Shown here: in pieces, positions 48,110 through 55,362 of the stretch
How positions within the stretch are numbered: the first letter of the stretch is position 1
How the letters are laid out: each line of letters starts with the position of its first letter
DNA from: a virus
Lineage: Duplodnaviria; Heunggongvirae; Uroviricota; Caudoviricetes
DNA: 62,993 nucleotides
Reading direction: 5' to 3' (one strand)
IMG/VR virus record: IMGVR_UViG_3300033120_000611
Made by a program: the position numbers and the translations under genes
The notes under the pieces: model-generated
The model's database searches: none
Told to the model about the DNA's origin: nothing
Seen by the model: the letters and a program-made list of their open reading frames with translations, nothing else

Positions 48110-48303
48110 TATAATTTAGTTATGAAGAAGTTATCCGGATTCACTGTCTGTCCAGGTTTAATTGTAATATCTTCCTGCTCTACTAGGTCTCTTATCATGC
48201 TTTCAGTTATAATAATTGTCCTCTCGGGCTGTTCTTCGAACTCTGCATCTGTCATACTATCGTCGTCTATAACATAGGTGACACTTAATATTTGCTTACT
48301 CAT
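48109..48303 (-). CDS. Hypothetical protein
   Basis: ORF track; coupled. Confidence 0.55.
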   Translation of the reverse strand: MSKQILSVTYVIDDDSMTDAEFEEQPERTIIITESMIRDLVEQEDITIKPGQTVNPDNFFITKL

Positions 48304-48656
48304 TCTGAAAATCCTGTTGGTAAATTAATCTGATTCTCGTTAGCAAAGGCTTGAACCTTGATCATATACTCTGACCATTGTTTAGTATCAAAACCTTTTG
48401 TACTTTGACCTTTATTATAGGTCTTTTTCATATACTCGTGAACTTCATCTCCAGAATCCCATCCATACTCCTGAGCAATTATATCACACCACTTGTGGTA
48501 TAATTTTGATTGATCAGTATTATTACTGGATCCAGTTGGAGTTACTTGAATAGTGAACCAGCTATCATCTGGAAATTGACTAAGCCACTCTATTAGCTTG
48601 TCCTTCTGTTGAATTCGTAGTATCTTGCCGTCCCAAAATAGTTTGCCTGTGTACAT
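48300..48656 (-). CDS. NinB-like protein (tentative)
   Basis: DQSKLYHKW...VHEYMK...STKGFDTKQWSEY pattern. Confidence 0.4.
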   Translation of the reverse strand: MYTGKLFWDGKILRIQQKDKLIEWLSQFPDDSWFTIQVTPTGSSNNTDQSKLYHKWCDIIAQEYGWDSGDEVHEYMKKTYNKGQSTKGFDTKQWSEYMIKVQAFANENQINLPTGFSE

Positions 48657-48876
48657 TTTTATTTGATTTTTCTATTGGAATTGGATTCTTCTTTCTCTTA
48701 TAACCGGTTTCCTCCATAAATTCACTATTGAGCTGGTGAATTCTATCGAGATACTTTTGTCCAAACTCATTGAATAACTCATCTGAGGTAAGCATCTCTT
48801 CTTTCATACAGTCAATCATCTTATAGAACTCATCTCTGAGCTCTTTCTCCTTTTTCAGGATTCCTAAAAAACTCAT
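48580..48876 (-). CDS. Hypothetical protein
   Basis: ORF track. Confidence 0.5.
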   Translation of the reverse strand: MSFLGILKKEKELRDEFYKMIDCMKEEMLTSDELFNEFGQKYLDRIHQLNSEFMEETGYKRKKNPIPIEKSNKNVHRQTILGRQDTTNSTEGQANRVA

Positions 48877-49409
48877 TTAATTTGTTTTAATCGTTGAGAA
48901 TATGTTTTTCCATCTACTATTGTTGTGCAATATACCTTATCTAGGAAGTAATAGTAGTCCTCATCACTCTCAATATTGAATGCATAGGCAGCTTGCCATA
49001 TTCCATAATCGATTAGTGATTCTTTCCAGTTATCATATGATGCCATGATTGGATCTATATTAGTTCCAGTTGATGGTCTTCCCAGACAAGCATGCATACC
49101 GGTAACATTATTATACATCTTAAAATATGGACTTGTGTAGTGAGCGCTTTCTATTACTGTTTGCTGCCATACTATATGCTGATGCTTTAGATGTATCTTA
49201 TCTATATAAGCTATTACGTTTTCATCTGTACATGCATCAGTTCTAGGAGTTAATACTACTGGTATTCTTTCAACAATAGTATTTACCTTAACAGCTGATC
49301 CGAACCCCATAACTAAAAACACACAAGCAACTAGAATACCTAATCTAAGATTCCAAGTTTTTGTGTGTTCATACTGCAAAGTCTTTTCATTAAATTTGTA
49401 AAGTTTCAT
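48873..49409 (-). CDS. Membrane-anchored glucosaminidase/lysozyme-like protein
   Basis: N-terminal TM helix; QTVIESAHYTS...NNVTGM...YDNWKESLIDY. Confidence 0.55.
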   Translation of the reverse strand: MKLYKFNEKTLQYEHTKTWNLRLGILVACVFLVMGFGSAVKVNTIVERIPVVLTPRTDACTDENVIAYIDKIHLKHQHIVWQQTVIESAHYTSPYFKMYNNVTGMHACLGRPSTGTNIDPIMASYDNWKESLIDYGIWQAAYAFNIESDEDYYYFLDKVYCTTIVDGKTYSQRLKQIK

Positions 49410-49431
49410 AAACTTTGTTTCGTTAAGAAAT

Positions 49432-49478
49432 ATAAGCTTATAACCTTATAATATTGTAATATAAGGATATAGGCTTAT
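49432..49478 (-). terminator. Long AT-rich hairpin closing the ncRNA array (terminator or processing stem)
   Basis: ATAAGCTTATA-A-CCTTATA / TATAAGG-A-TATAGGCTTAT inverted repeat, followed by a U-rich tract on the - strand. Confidence 0.45.
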
Positions 49479-49481
49479 TAG

Positions 49482-49596
49482 CGAGGCACATGGGAGTCGA
49501 ACCCAATACTTTTCCTATTCTCTCACTACGTTTGTGAGTCTTTCAGATTAGCCGATATATTATTACATGTCTCCCGACAAGCTCAATATGCACCTC
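49482..49596 (-). ncRNA. tRNA-like RNA (acceptor stem + T-arm, non-canonical middle)
   Basis: GAGGTGCA/TGTGCCTC stem, TGGG-TTCGACT-CCCA T-arm, hairpins TGTC-GGGA-GACA and CTCAC/GTGAG; no canonical anticodon arm. Confidence 0.55.
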
Positions 49597-49601
49597 AGAT
49601 A

Positions 49602-49825
49602 GAGTATGTTTGATGCCCTAGTTTATCTTTCCGAGCAGTTTTATTATGCTGCCTTAGACACTACGCTCCTATTAAGTAGTGGTCTGTCTAAACTGAATCC
49701 CACTACAATAACGTCACAAAGTCTATCTTCAACTCGTTACATGGTAAGGGTTTGTTCCCGTCCTTCCATATAACAAAACACAGTGAGTTTATTTTTGACT
49801 GAAACGCTAGGTTTACGCCATACTC
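49602..49825 (-). ncRNA. Unassigned 224-nt structured RNA
   Basis: Terminal stem GAGTATG/CATACTC, CCTAG/CTAGG, several hairpins and two potential pseudoknot pairings (7 bp and 10 bp). Confidence 0.6.
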
Positions 49826-49828
49826 TTG

Positions 49829-49980
49829 TACGTATAGTAGGATTCGAACCTACAATTCCTTAGGATTATTGCTACCACCGGAATGTCAAATTACAGCCAT
49901 GAGCAAGGCCCTCACACAGTCAATGCTATGGGACTCTTATAGGCCTTCTAAGATGTGTACGCCAATTCCACCATATACGT
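49829..49980 (-). ncRNA. tRNA-like RNA with an 86-nt domain in place of the anticodon loop
   Basis: ACGTATA/TATACGT acceptor stem, A73, GTG-GAATTGGCGTA-CAC D-arm, TCTTA/TAAGG stem, GTAGG-TTCGAAT-CCTAC T-arm. Confidence 0.7.
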
Positions 49981-49984
49981 ATTG

Positions 49985-50361
49985 TGGACCAGGTGGGAGT
50001 TGAACCCACGTCCGGACAAGTTCGTCTTTACGATTTATTCATAAGCTTAGGTAGTTTTTAGCGATCTACCAACGATTGGGGCACCCAGTTTTACGTGAGG
50101 CCAACTCCACCATATGCATTAAGGCGATGCATAAACCTGATTATCTGTAGCCTTCTGTTACTAAGACAAAAGGACTCTGGCTTACACCAGGTCTCTTTCT
50201 GCTACAAGCTCGTTGCTCTCTACAAACGCCATAGCGTCTTCGAAAGTCATAGAAGATAGTTCTTCTGCGATTGTTGTTTGATACCTATTTTTATGGTGTT
50301 GAGTATCATTCACCAGCTTAATCGTAAAAATGTCTGCTCCCCGTCAATACCCGGCTGGCCC
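49985..50361 (-). ncRNA. ssrA: tmRNA
   Basis: Acceptor GGGCCAG/CTGGTCC with G3-U70 and A73; 5' GGTATTGAC; T-arm GTGGG-TTCAACT-CCCAC; tag frame 50268-50182 after AACAATC. Confidence 0.9.
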
Positions 50362-50367
50362 TTTATA

Positions 50368-50571
50368 TTATCTTCTCTCTCGAGATTGTTTTATTCCATC
50401 TAAGGATGTTTTTATATCATATAGAGATCTCCAGGTAAGTTGATACCTTTCGCCAAGAGATGCTAGATCATTACACATCTCTTCAAGTTTAGTTATACCA
50501 AAACTTAACTCCTTATCAGATATATGATCTCCATCTCTAAACTTCTTCACTACTTGTCCTATCAGTTCCAT
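50368..50571 (-). CDS. Hypothetical protein
   Basis: ORF track. Confidence 0.55.
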   Translation of the reverse strand: MELIGQVVKKFRDGDHISDKELSFGITKLEEMCNDLASLGERYQLTWRSLYDIKTSLDGIKQSRERR

Positions 50572-51205
50572 CTTGTGGTTTTTGATCCGGTACGTATAAT
50601 ACAGTCGGATTATTTTTATGAATCTCTATTCCTGGATGAGCTTTACTAAATTCAAGGCTATTAAAAGCCTTAGTGATTAGGTGCATTCCACTTTTGCTTG
50701 GTATCTTGGCAAGGATTTTATTGGATCCTGGTTCTGGTTGTAGTGATGTGATTGTTCTCTCGATATCCATCATTCTTTTAAAGAAGCTACTAACTCCTTC
50801 TCCTTCAGTAAGATCAAGATCTATTATCCATGTCTTATCAGTTCCTAATGAAGCACCACAGGATGAATTATATGCCTTGGCTACGTCATAAATACCTGAT
50901 CTTATCGACTCAGAAACTCTTGTAAGAGTATCTAGAGCAACTGCTTTTCTACTTCTAGGATTTAGATTTATACCTACCCTTGCGTTAAAGAGATTAGCAA
51001 GCGCTATCATCTCAGGCTTATATTCCAGAAGCTTCTCTAGTGAGTTTATGTAGTATGGTCTTATTAGGCGGGCATTATTATTCCGGCCTAATCTCTTATT
51101 CTCTTCCTTATGATCCTTCTTTCTCTGTATTACTTGTACAAAGTAGAACTTATCTGGATCATCAAAATTGAGTAGAGGTATTATCAAATCGAAGTTATCT
51201 ATCAT
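50537..51205 (-). CDS. Hypothetical protein with AEP primase/polymerase-like motifs
   Basis: WIIDLD (DxD) and PSKSGMHLI (SxxGxH). Confidence 0.45.
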   Translation of the reverse strand: MIDNFDLIIPLLNFDDPDKFYFVQVIQRKKDHKEENKRLGRNNNARLIRPYYINSLEKLLEYKPEMIALANLFNARVGINLNPRSRKAVALDTLTRVSESIRSGIYDVAKAYNSSCGASLGTDKTWIIDLDLTEGEGVSSFFKRMMDIERTITSLQPEPGSNKILAKIPSKSGMHLITKAFNSLEFSKAHPGIEIHKNNPTVLYVPDQKPQDGTDRTSSEEV

Positions 51206-51208
51206 AGT

Positions 51209-51478
51209 TTATAATTTAACTGAAAAAGCTGTTTCTGGTACTAGTAATTCCCATAATCCAGTATTTCTACCATCTAACATTATTCCTGAACCCTCTAACC
51301 TATATAGTCTAATACCAAGATATATAGAATCTTGTTTTAAGATATAAAGGTCTTTACCAAAACATGGGTTCCAATCCCTTTTAGGAAAACCCATTATCTC
51401 TCTAAGCTCATTAACTCTATCAGAATTTCCTATAAGCCTAACTATCGTTCCTTCTTTAAGCTCTTCTGTATTAGTCAT
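51209..51478 (-). CDS. Hypothetical protein
   Basis: ORF track. Confidence 0.55.
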   Translation of the reverse strand: MTNTEELKEGTIVRLIGNSDRVNELREIMGFPKRDWNPCFGKDLYILKQDSIYLGIRLYRLEGSGIMLDGRNTGLWELLVPETAFSVKL

Positions 51479-51623
51479 AGTTATAGTTTTATGTGATCTC
51501 GCCTATTCTTCTTAGCTGTATACCATAGAAGAAGATGGCCCTCGCTAGTATAATCCAGGCGAGGGCTAAATCTTACTTCAATAATTACTATAGCTAATAA
51601 GGCTAATAGTAAGTATGTCATAG

Positions 51624-52214
51624 TTATGGTTTGAATTCTCCTTTATTATCGATGATATTCTGCATAATAGCCTTTAGTCTACCTTCAGAAGAATCAAATT
51701 TTTCTCCAAAGTTGATAGCTTTCCTTTCATCAATTTCGGATGGTACATAACCATTATCATTACCTGCTACGTAAGTTTCAAAAGCAGTTTCAATAAGAGT
51801 TAATTGTTTTGATGAGAAATGTTTTCTTAAAAGTTTTCTCATGTCATCATCTCCTATACCACTTAATTCTTTAATACCTTCTCTATCATCCCACCAAGCA
51901 TCATTAAGCATATTACCTGATAGTTTAAACCGGTCTGCTTTTCTAACTAAAGAGTAAAATGCAGCTCCTATTCCACAAACTTCACAGGTATTAGTTTTAC
52001 TTGAGCATAGTAGCTTTTGTAGATCAGCACCTTCTTTAGTTAATACTTCATCCGAGGATCTAAAGTACGTGCCTCTTTGTGCTATTATCTTACCAGCTTT
52101 TACCATCTTTATAACGTCTTTGGCAATTTCAACCCTTTGTTGAGCCTTAGGCAAAGATAAGAATTTCTCATTTCTTAATTGCTGTCTACTTTTCTTTTTA
52201 ACTACCTTTTCCAT
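51624..52214 (-). CDS. Hypothetical protein
   Basis: 196-aa ORF with CEVC. Confidence 0.65.
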   Translation of the reverse strand: MEKVVKKKSRQQLRNEKFLSLPKAQQRVEIAKDVIKMVKAGKIIAQRGTYFRSSDEVLTKEGADLQKLLCSSKTNTCEVCGIGAAFYSLVRKADRFKLSGNMLNDAWWDDREGIKELSGIGDDDMRKLLRKHFSSKQLTLIETAFETYVAGNDNGYVPSEIDERKAINFGEKFDSSEGRLKAIMQNIIDNKGEFKP

Positions 52215-52228
52215 TTTGTTAGTTTTTA

Positions 52229-52423
52229 TTAATTATTTTCAATCTCGACCTTTATATCAAGTATTTTAGCATTTTTGTCTCCAGGGTACTTATCATAGAT
52301 CTTACCTCTAGTAGGACTGAATATGCCAAAATCTTGGTAATATACGTTTCCATCTTTATCAGTTAGTTCCTTAGTTCCACCATCCCGATACATGTTTGTT
52401 TGTCTGACTTTTACAGTACGCAT
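52229..52423 (-). CDS. Hypothetical protein
   Basis: Start trimmed to MRTVK because the longer track start lies inside tRNA-Leu. Confidence 0.55.
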   Translation of the reverse strand: MRTVKVRQTNMYRDGGTKELTDKDGNVYYQDFGIFSPTRGKIYDKYPGDKNAKILDIKVEIENN

Positions 52424-52437
52424 GATTTTCAATTTAG

Positions 52438-52523
52438 TACCCCCGACAGGACTCGAACCTGCACGCCCCTTACGGAGCAAGGGATTTTAAGTCCCTCGTG
52501 TCTACCAGTTCCACCACGGAGGC
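52438..52523 (-). tRNA. tRNA-Leu(UAA)
   Basis: Cloverleaf; AGGGA-CTTAAAA-TCCCT; long variable arm. Confidence 0.92.
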
Positions 52524-52555
52524 ATCAAGATCCCAGTCTCCCGGGATCTCATGAA

Positions 52556-53047
52556 TTATAGTGATGATGGCATCACTTGTTCTACCTGTCTGGTAGCCAG
52601 GTTAGAAGCCAAAGCTATTACCGGTCCTTCAGTTTGTTCTCTGTTAGTAAGAACACCACCAACCACAACACATGCTCTATTAGGAGCTAGTTGTTTGTTA
52701 GCATACTCGATAGGATCCTCATGACCAAATATAGTACATGTATAGCTTGTGAGCTCTTTTGTAGGATTGTCTCCTATAGTATAAGGAGTAGTTTGGAATC
52801 TTACGATTGATCCCTCTACAAGGCTACCCTTGATAACCTGGCCATCTTTAATTAGTGACCAAAGACCATCAGCTTTAAAGCCTTCAAACTCATCCCATAT
52901 GGTTCTAGTTCCGGTACTTTGATTACTAAATATTGGAGTACCATCATCGAGTAGATTATTTGTAGTAAATCTTACTACACGATAGTTTCTTCCACGCTTG
53001 TCCTGTTGCATATCTCCAATGTCGGAGACTCTTAGCATCTTTTGCAT
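52556..53047 (-). CDS. Hypothetical protein (possible OB fold)
   Basis: ORF track; beta-rich. Confidence 0.6.
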   Translation of the reverse strand: MQKMLRVSDIGDMQQDKRGRNYRVVRFTTNNLLDDGTPIFSNQSTGTRTIWDEFEGFKADGLWSLIKDGQVIKGSLVEGSIVRFQTTPYTIGDNPTKELTSYTCTIFGHEDPIEYANKQLAPNRACVVVGGVLTNREQTEGPVIALASNLATRQVEQVMPSSL

Positions 53048-53066
53048 AGTTGTAAATTTAAAATGA

Positions 53067-53408
53067 TTATTTCGTTCTCATTGGAACAGGTTTCACCCTA
53101 TCCAAATAGTCTATTGGTGTGTTTAGATCAAAAGGAACCTTAGAGGTTGTTCTTTTGTAGCCTGGCCAATAACTTTCAAGAAATAGTTTACATCCAGTCT
53201 TCAGATTCTTTAAATGAAAAGGTACAAATTTTTCAGGAAGCTCGTAGGAAGGAGATACTTGCTCCTCTGTTGTAGTCCAGGTCTTTATAGGATCTGGAAC
53301 AGTATTCCTTTTAATGAGTCTGATTCTGGTGGAATATTTCTTTCCATCTGTCGCAGCTACAAGTGTAAAAGGTCTCCCTTCTTGCTCTGAGGTCTTATTA
53401 AGTTCCAT
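53067..53408 (-). CDS. Hypothetical protein
   Basis: ORF track. Confidence 0.55.
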   Translation of the reverse strand: MELNKTSEQEGRPFTLVAATDGKKYSTRIRLIKRNTVPDPIKTWTTTEEQVSPSYELPEKFVPFHLKNLKTGCKLFLESYWPGYKRTTSKVPFDLNTPIDYLDRVKPVPMRTK

Positions 53409-53430
53409 CTTTTAATATTTAGGTTAAAAT

Positions 53431-53460
53431 AAAAAAGCCCTACCTCTTTCGAGATAGGGC
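53431..53460 (-). terminator. Intrinsic terminator
   Basis: GCCCTA..CTC-TTTC-GAG..TAGGGC stem with an A6 run on the + strand. Confidence 0.65.
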
Positions 53461-53480
53461 ACACCAAATTCCACTCCGGA

Positions 53481-53780
53481 TTAAGAAGCTTGTTCTGGTC
53501 CAAAAAGTTCCGCTCCAAGCGCATCAAGATCAGCTAAGGACTGTGAAAGGTCCTCGATCTCATTTTGCTTGTCCAGAATATCCTGGAATTTAAGCGTCTT
53601 AGCTCCCTTCAGAGATTCTAACGCGCTTTTTGCCTGAGACAGAGATTTCCTGGTATTGAGGATTGTACCCTGCAATGACAGTCTTTCTGTGTCCACATCG
53701 AATTGGATCTGAGCTGCATCCTTCTCCTTGTCCGTCTGTTGACGTCTCTCTCTGTACGAGAGTACTGTTGTTTGTGACAT
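53481..53780 (-). CDS. Coiled-coil hypothetical protein
   Basis: Heptad-like pattern; AT-rich leader. Confidence 0.6.
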   Translation of the reverse strand: MSQTTVLSYRERRQQTDKEKDAAQIQFDVDTERLSLQGTILNTRKSLSQAKSALESLKGAKTLKFQDILDKQNEIEDLSQSLADLDALGAELFGPEQAS

Positions 53781-54522
53781 GTTGATTGTTTAAATTGTTA
53801 AATTCTTTATTTTCGTCTAAAGGTACTTCTACACATGGGTTCATGGATGGAGTAGATATTATCTGAGCCCATTTATCAGCTTTCTTAGAATAGAGGAATC
53901 CAGATCCAGCATCTATATCTCCATCAGAGAATTGATGATGCTTTGAATCTACTATAGATATAACATCTTGACCATAATAAGAAGTTCCATCACTATCTAA
54001 AGCTTTATATTGAGTACCAGGTGGATATAGTCTTATAGCTTTCTCGAGATTGGTTTCCTTGCTATTAATTATATCTGCCCACTCTCCATCTTGATAGATA
54101 AATCCTGGATCTCCTGCTGACCATGCTAAAGTTTTGCCTCCTACAAGTGATTGGTGATCTATATAGTATTTCTTATCTCTATTTTCATTTTTTGGTAACT
54201 GTAATGGAATATATTCTGATCCATCCGGATATCTTCTTTTTATCTCTCTAATTAGTTCTATACCCTCGAATAACTCTTTTCCAGTTATCTTAGTCGCCCA
54301 CTTATTAGCACTTGCAGAATAGATATATCCTGTTCCACACTCAATATCATTTCCATACAATACTGGAGTTTTATTGGATACCTGTTCTCCATATCCAGAG
54401 GGTTCACCTATCGAGTTTATAGAGTCATACTTAGTCCCAATTGGATATTCTCTTATTGCTATCTCTAACAATTGATCTAATGTAAGACTACTAGGAGTAG
54501 TTATTGTTTTCCTATCTATCAT
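53599..54522 (-). CDS. Protein with three tandem ~60-aa repeats
   Basis: Repeat unit L(E/R)xAxRxYPxG(T/S)xY...GxGxIY....WAxI(I). Confidence 0.65.
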   Translation of the reverse strand: MIDRKTITTPSSLTLDQLLEIAIREYPIGTKYDSINSIGEPSGYGEQVSNKTPVLYGNDIECGTGYIYSASANKWATKITGKELFEGIELIREIKRRYPDGSEYIPLQLPKNENRDKKYYIDHQSLVGGKTLAWSAGDPGFIYQDGEWADIINSKETNLEKAIRLYPPGTQYKALDSDGTSYYGQDVISIVDSKHHQFSDGDIDAGSGFLYSKKADKWAQIISTPSMNPCVEVPLDENKEFNNLNNQHVTNNSTLVQRETSTDGQGEGCSSDPIRCGHRKTVIAGYNPQYQEISVSGKKRVRISEGS

Positions 54523-54532
54523 ACAAATAAGT

Positions 54533-54838
54533 TTAGTAGTGTTTTATAATTACGTTCTCACTAATTAGTTGAGCCATTACAGCCTTCTGGCTATAGTGTT
54601 TAGCTGTCATGTCCATAATTAGGTTAATCTGCTCTTCAGAACAAGCTATTCGTACTGGAATCATCCTTTCTATGAATATCTCCCCAACTGGACTTATCCA
54701 CTGTCCCTTACTCACAGGCATGATAGTTAGTCCACCGGTGATCTCTCTTACCTTGGCATCCCATACTCTGTGGTATCTCGTTCTCCATGGCACTCCTTCA
54801 TTAGAGATAGTTGGTACCATAATTTCCCAAAGTTTCAT
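54533..54838 (-). CDS. Hypothetical protein
   Basis: ORF track. Confidence 0.65.
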   Translation of the reverse strand: MKLWEIMVPTISNEGVPWRTRYHRVWDAKVREITGGLTIMPVSKGQWISPVGEIFIERMIPVRIACSEEQINLIMDMTAKHYSQKAVMAQLISENVIIKHY

Positions 54839-54851
54839 ATCGTTATTTTAG

Positions 54852-54922
54852 TGTACCCGCTGAGGATCGAACTCAGGCCTTCTCATTAAAAGTGAGTAGC
54901 TCTACCCTTGAGCTACGGATAC
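54852..54922 (-). tRNA. tRNA-Lys(UUU)
   Basis: Cloverleaf; loop CTTTTAA; T-arm CTGAG-TTCGATC-CTCAG. Confidence 0.88.
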
Positions 54923-54956
54923 AAAAAAGCCCGAGATATTTCTACCCCAGGCTTTT
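54923..54956 (-). terminator. Terminator-like hairpin abutting the 5' end of tRNA-Lys
   Basis: AAAAGCC/GGCTTTT inverted repeat. Confidence 0.45.
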
Positions 54957-54960
54957 ATAT

Positions 54961-55344
54961 TTATGCTTCTAGTGCATCTAGCTCTTTTTGCAGATCTTCA
55001 AGAGACTTGCTTTCAAGAGAATCAAGTTGTTTCTTAGCCATAAGCTCCTTGATCTGAGCTCTCTTAGCAGCCTTTTCAGCACGTACCTTAGCGGCTTCTT
55101 GTTCAGCTAACCTAGTTTCGATGATATACTTAGCTATATCAAATCGAAGTTCAGTAGTCTTATCTGAAGTTTTTGGTTTGATAAATGAATCAGTTTCATT
55201 TTCGCCTAGTTCTTTCTTTAGAGCTATAGCTATTTTATCTACGATCTTAAGATCAAGATCCCATAGATCCTCGACTGATACATTACCTGTACCCGATTTG
55301 AAGCGCAGTTTCAGCTTCGATGCTTTTATGAAGTTTCCTTCCAT
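54961..55344 (-). CDS. Hypothetical coiled-coil protein
   Basis: KLRF...SVEDLWDL N-terminus followed by a long helix. Confidence 0.7.
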   Translation of the reverse strand: MEGNFIKASKLKLRFKSGTGNVSVEDLWDLDLKIVDKIAIALKKELGENETDSFIKPKTSDKTTELRFDIAKYIIETRLAEQEAAKVRAEKAAKRAQIKELMAKKQLDSLESKSLEDLQKELDALEA

Positions 55345-55362
55345 ACTTGTTATATTGTTGGT

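Noticed and set aside
1331-48119. Numerous 60-125-aa antisense or alternate-frame ORFs nested in large genes
   Set aside because: No recognisable motifs or start context; expected shadows of long coding frames.
17435-48303. Genome-wide stop-codon reassignment (TGA to Trp or TAG to Gln) as the explanation for the PARP stop
   Set aside because: Long genes are intact in the standard code, several genes end in TGA with ATGA coupling (17608, 25923, 17435), and no suppressor-anticodon tRNA is in the window.
49602-49825. RNase P RNA or group I intron identity for the 224-nt RNA
   Set aside because: No GAGGAAAGUCC or ACANAANNCGGCUUA conserved regions; the helix order does not match P3/P7/P8.
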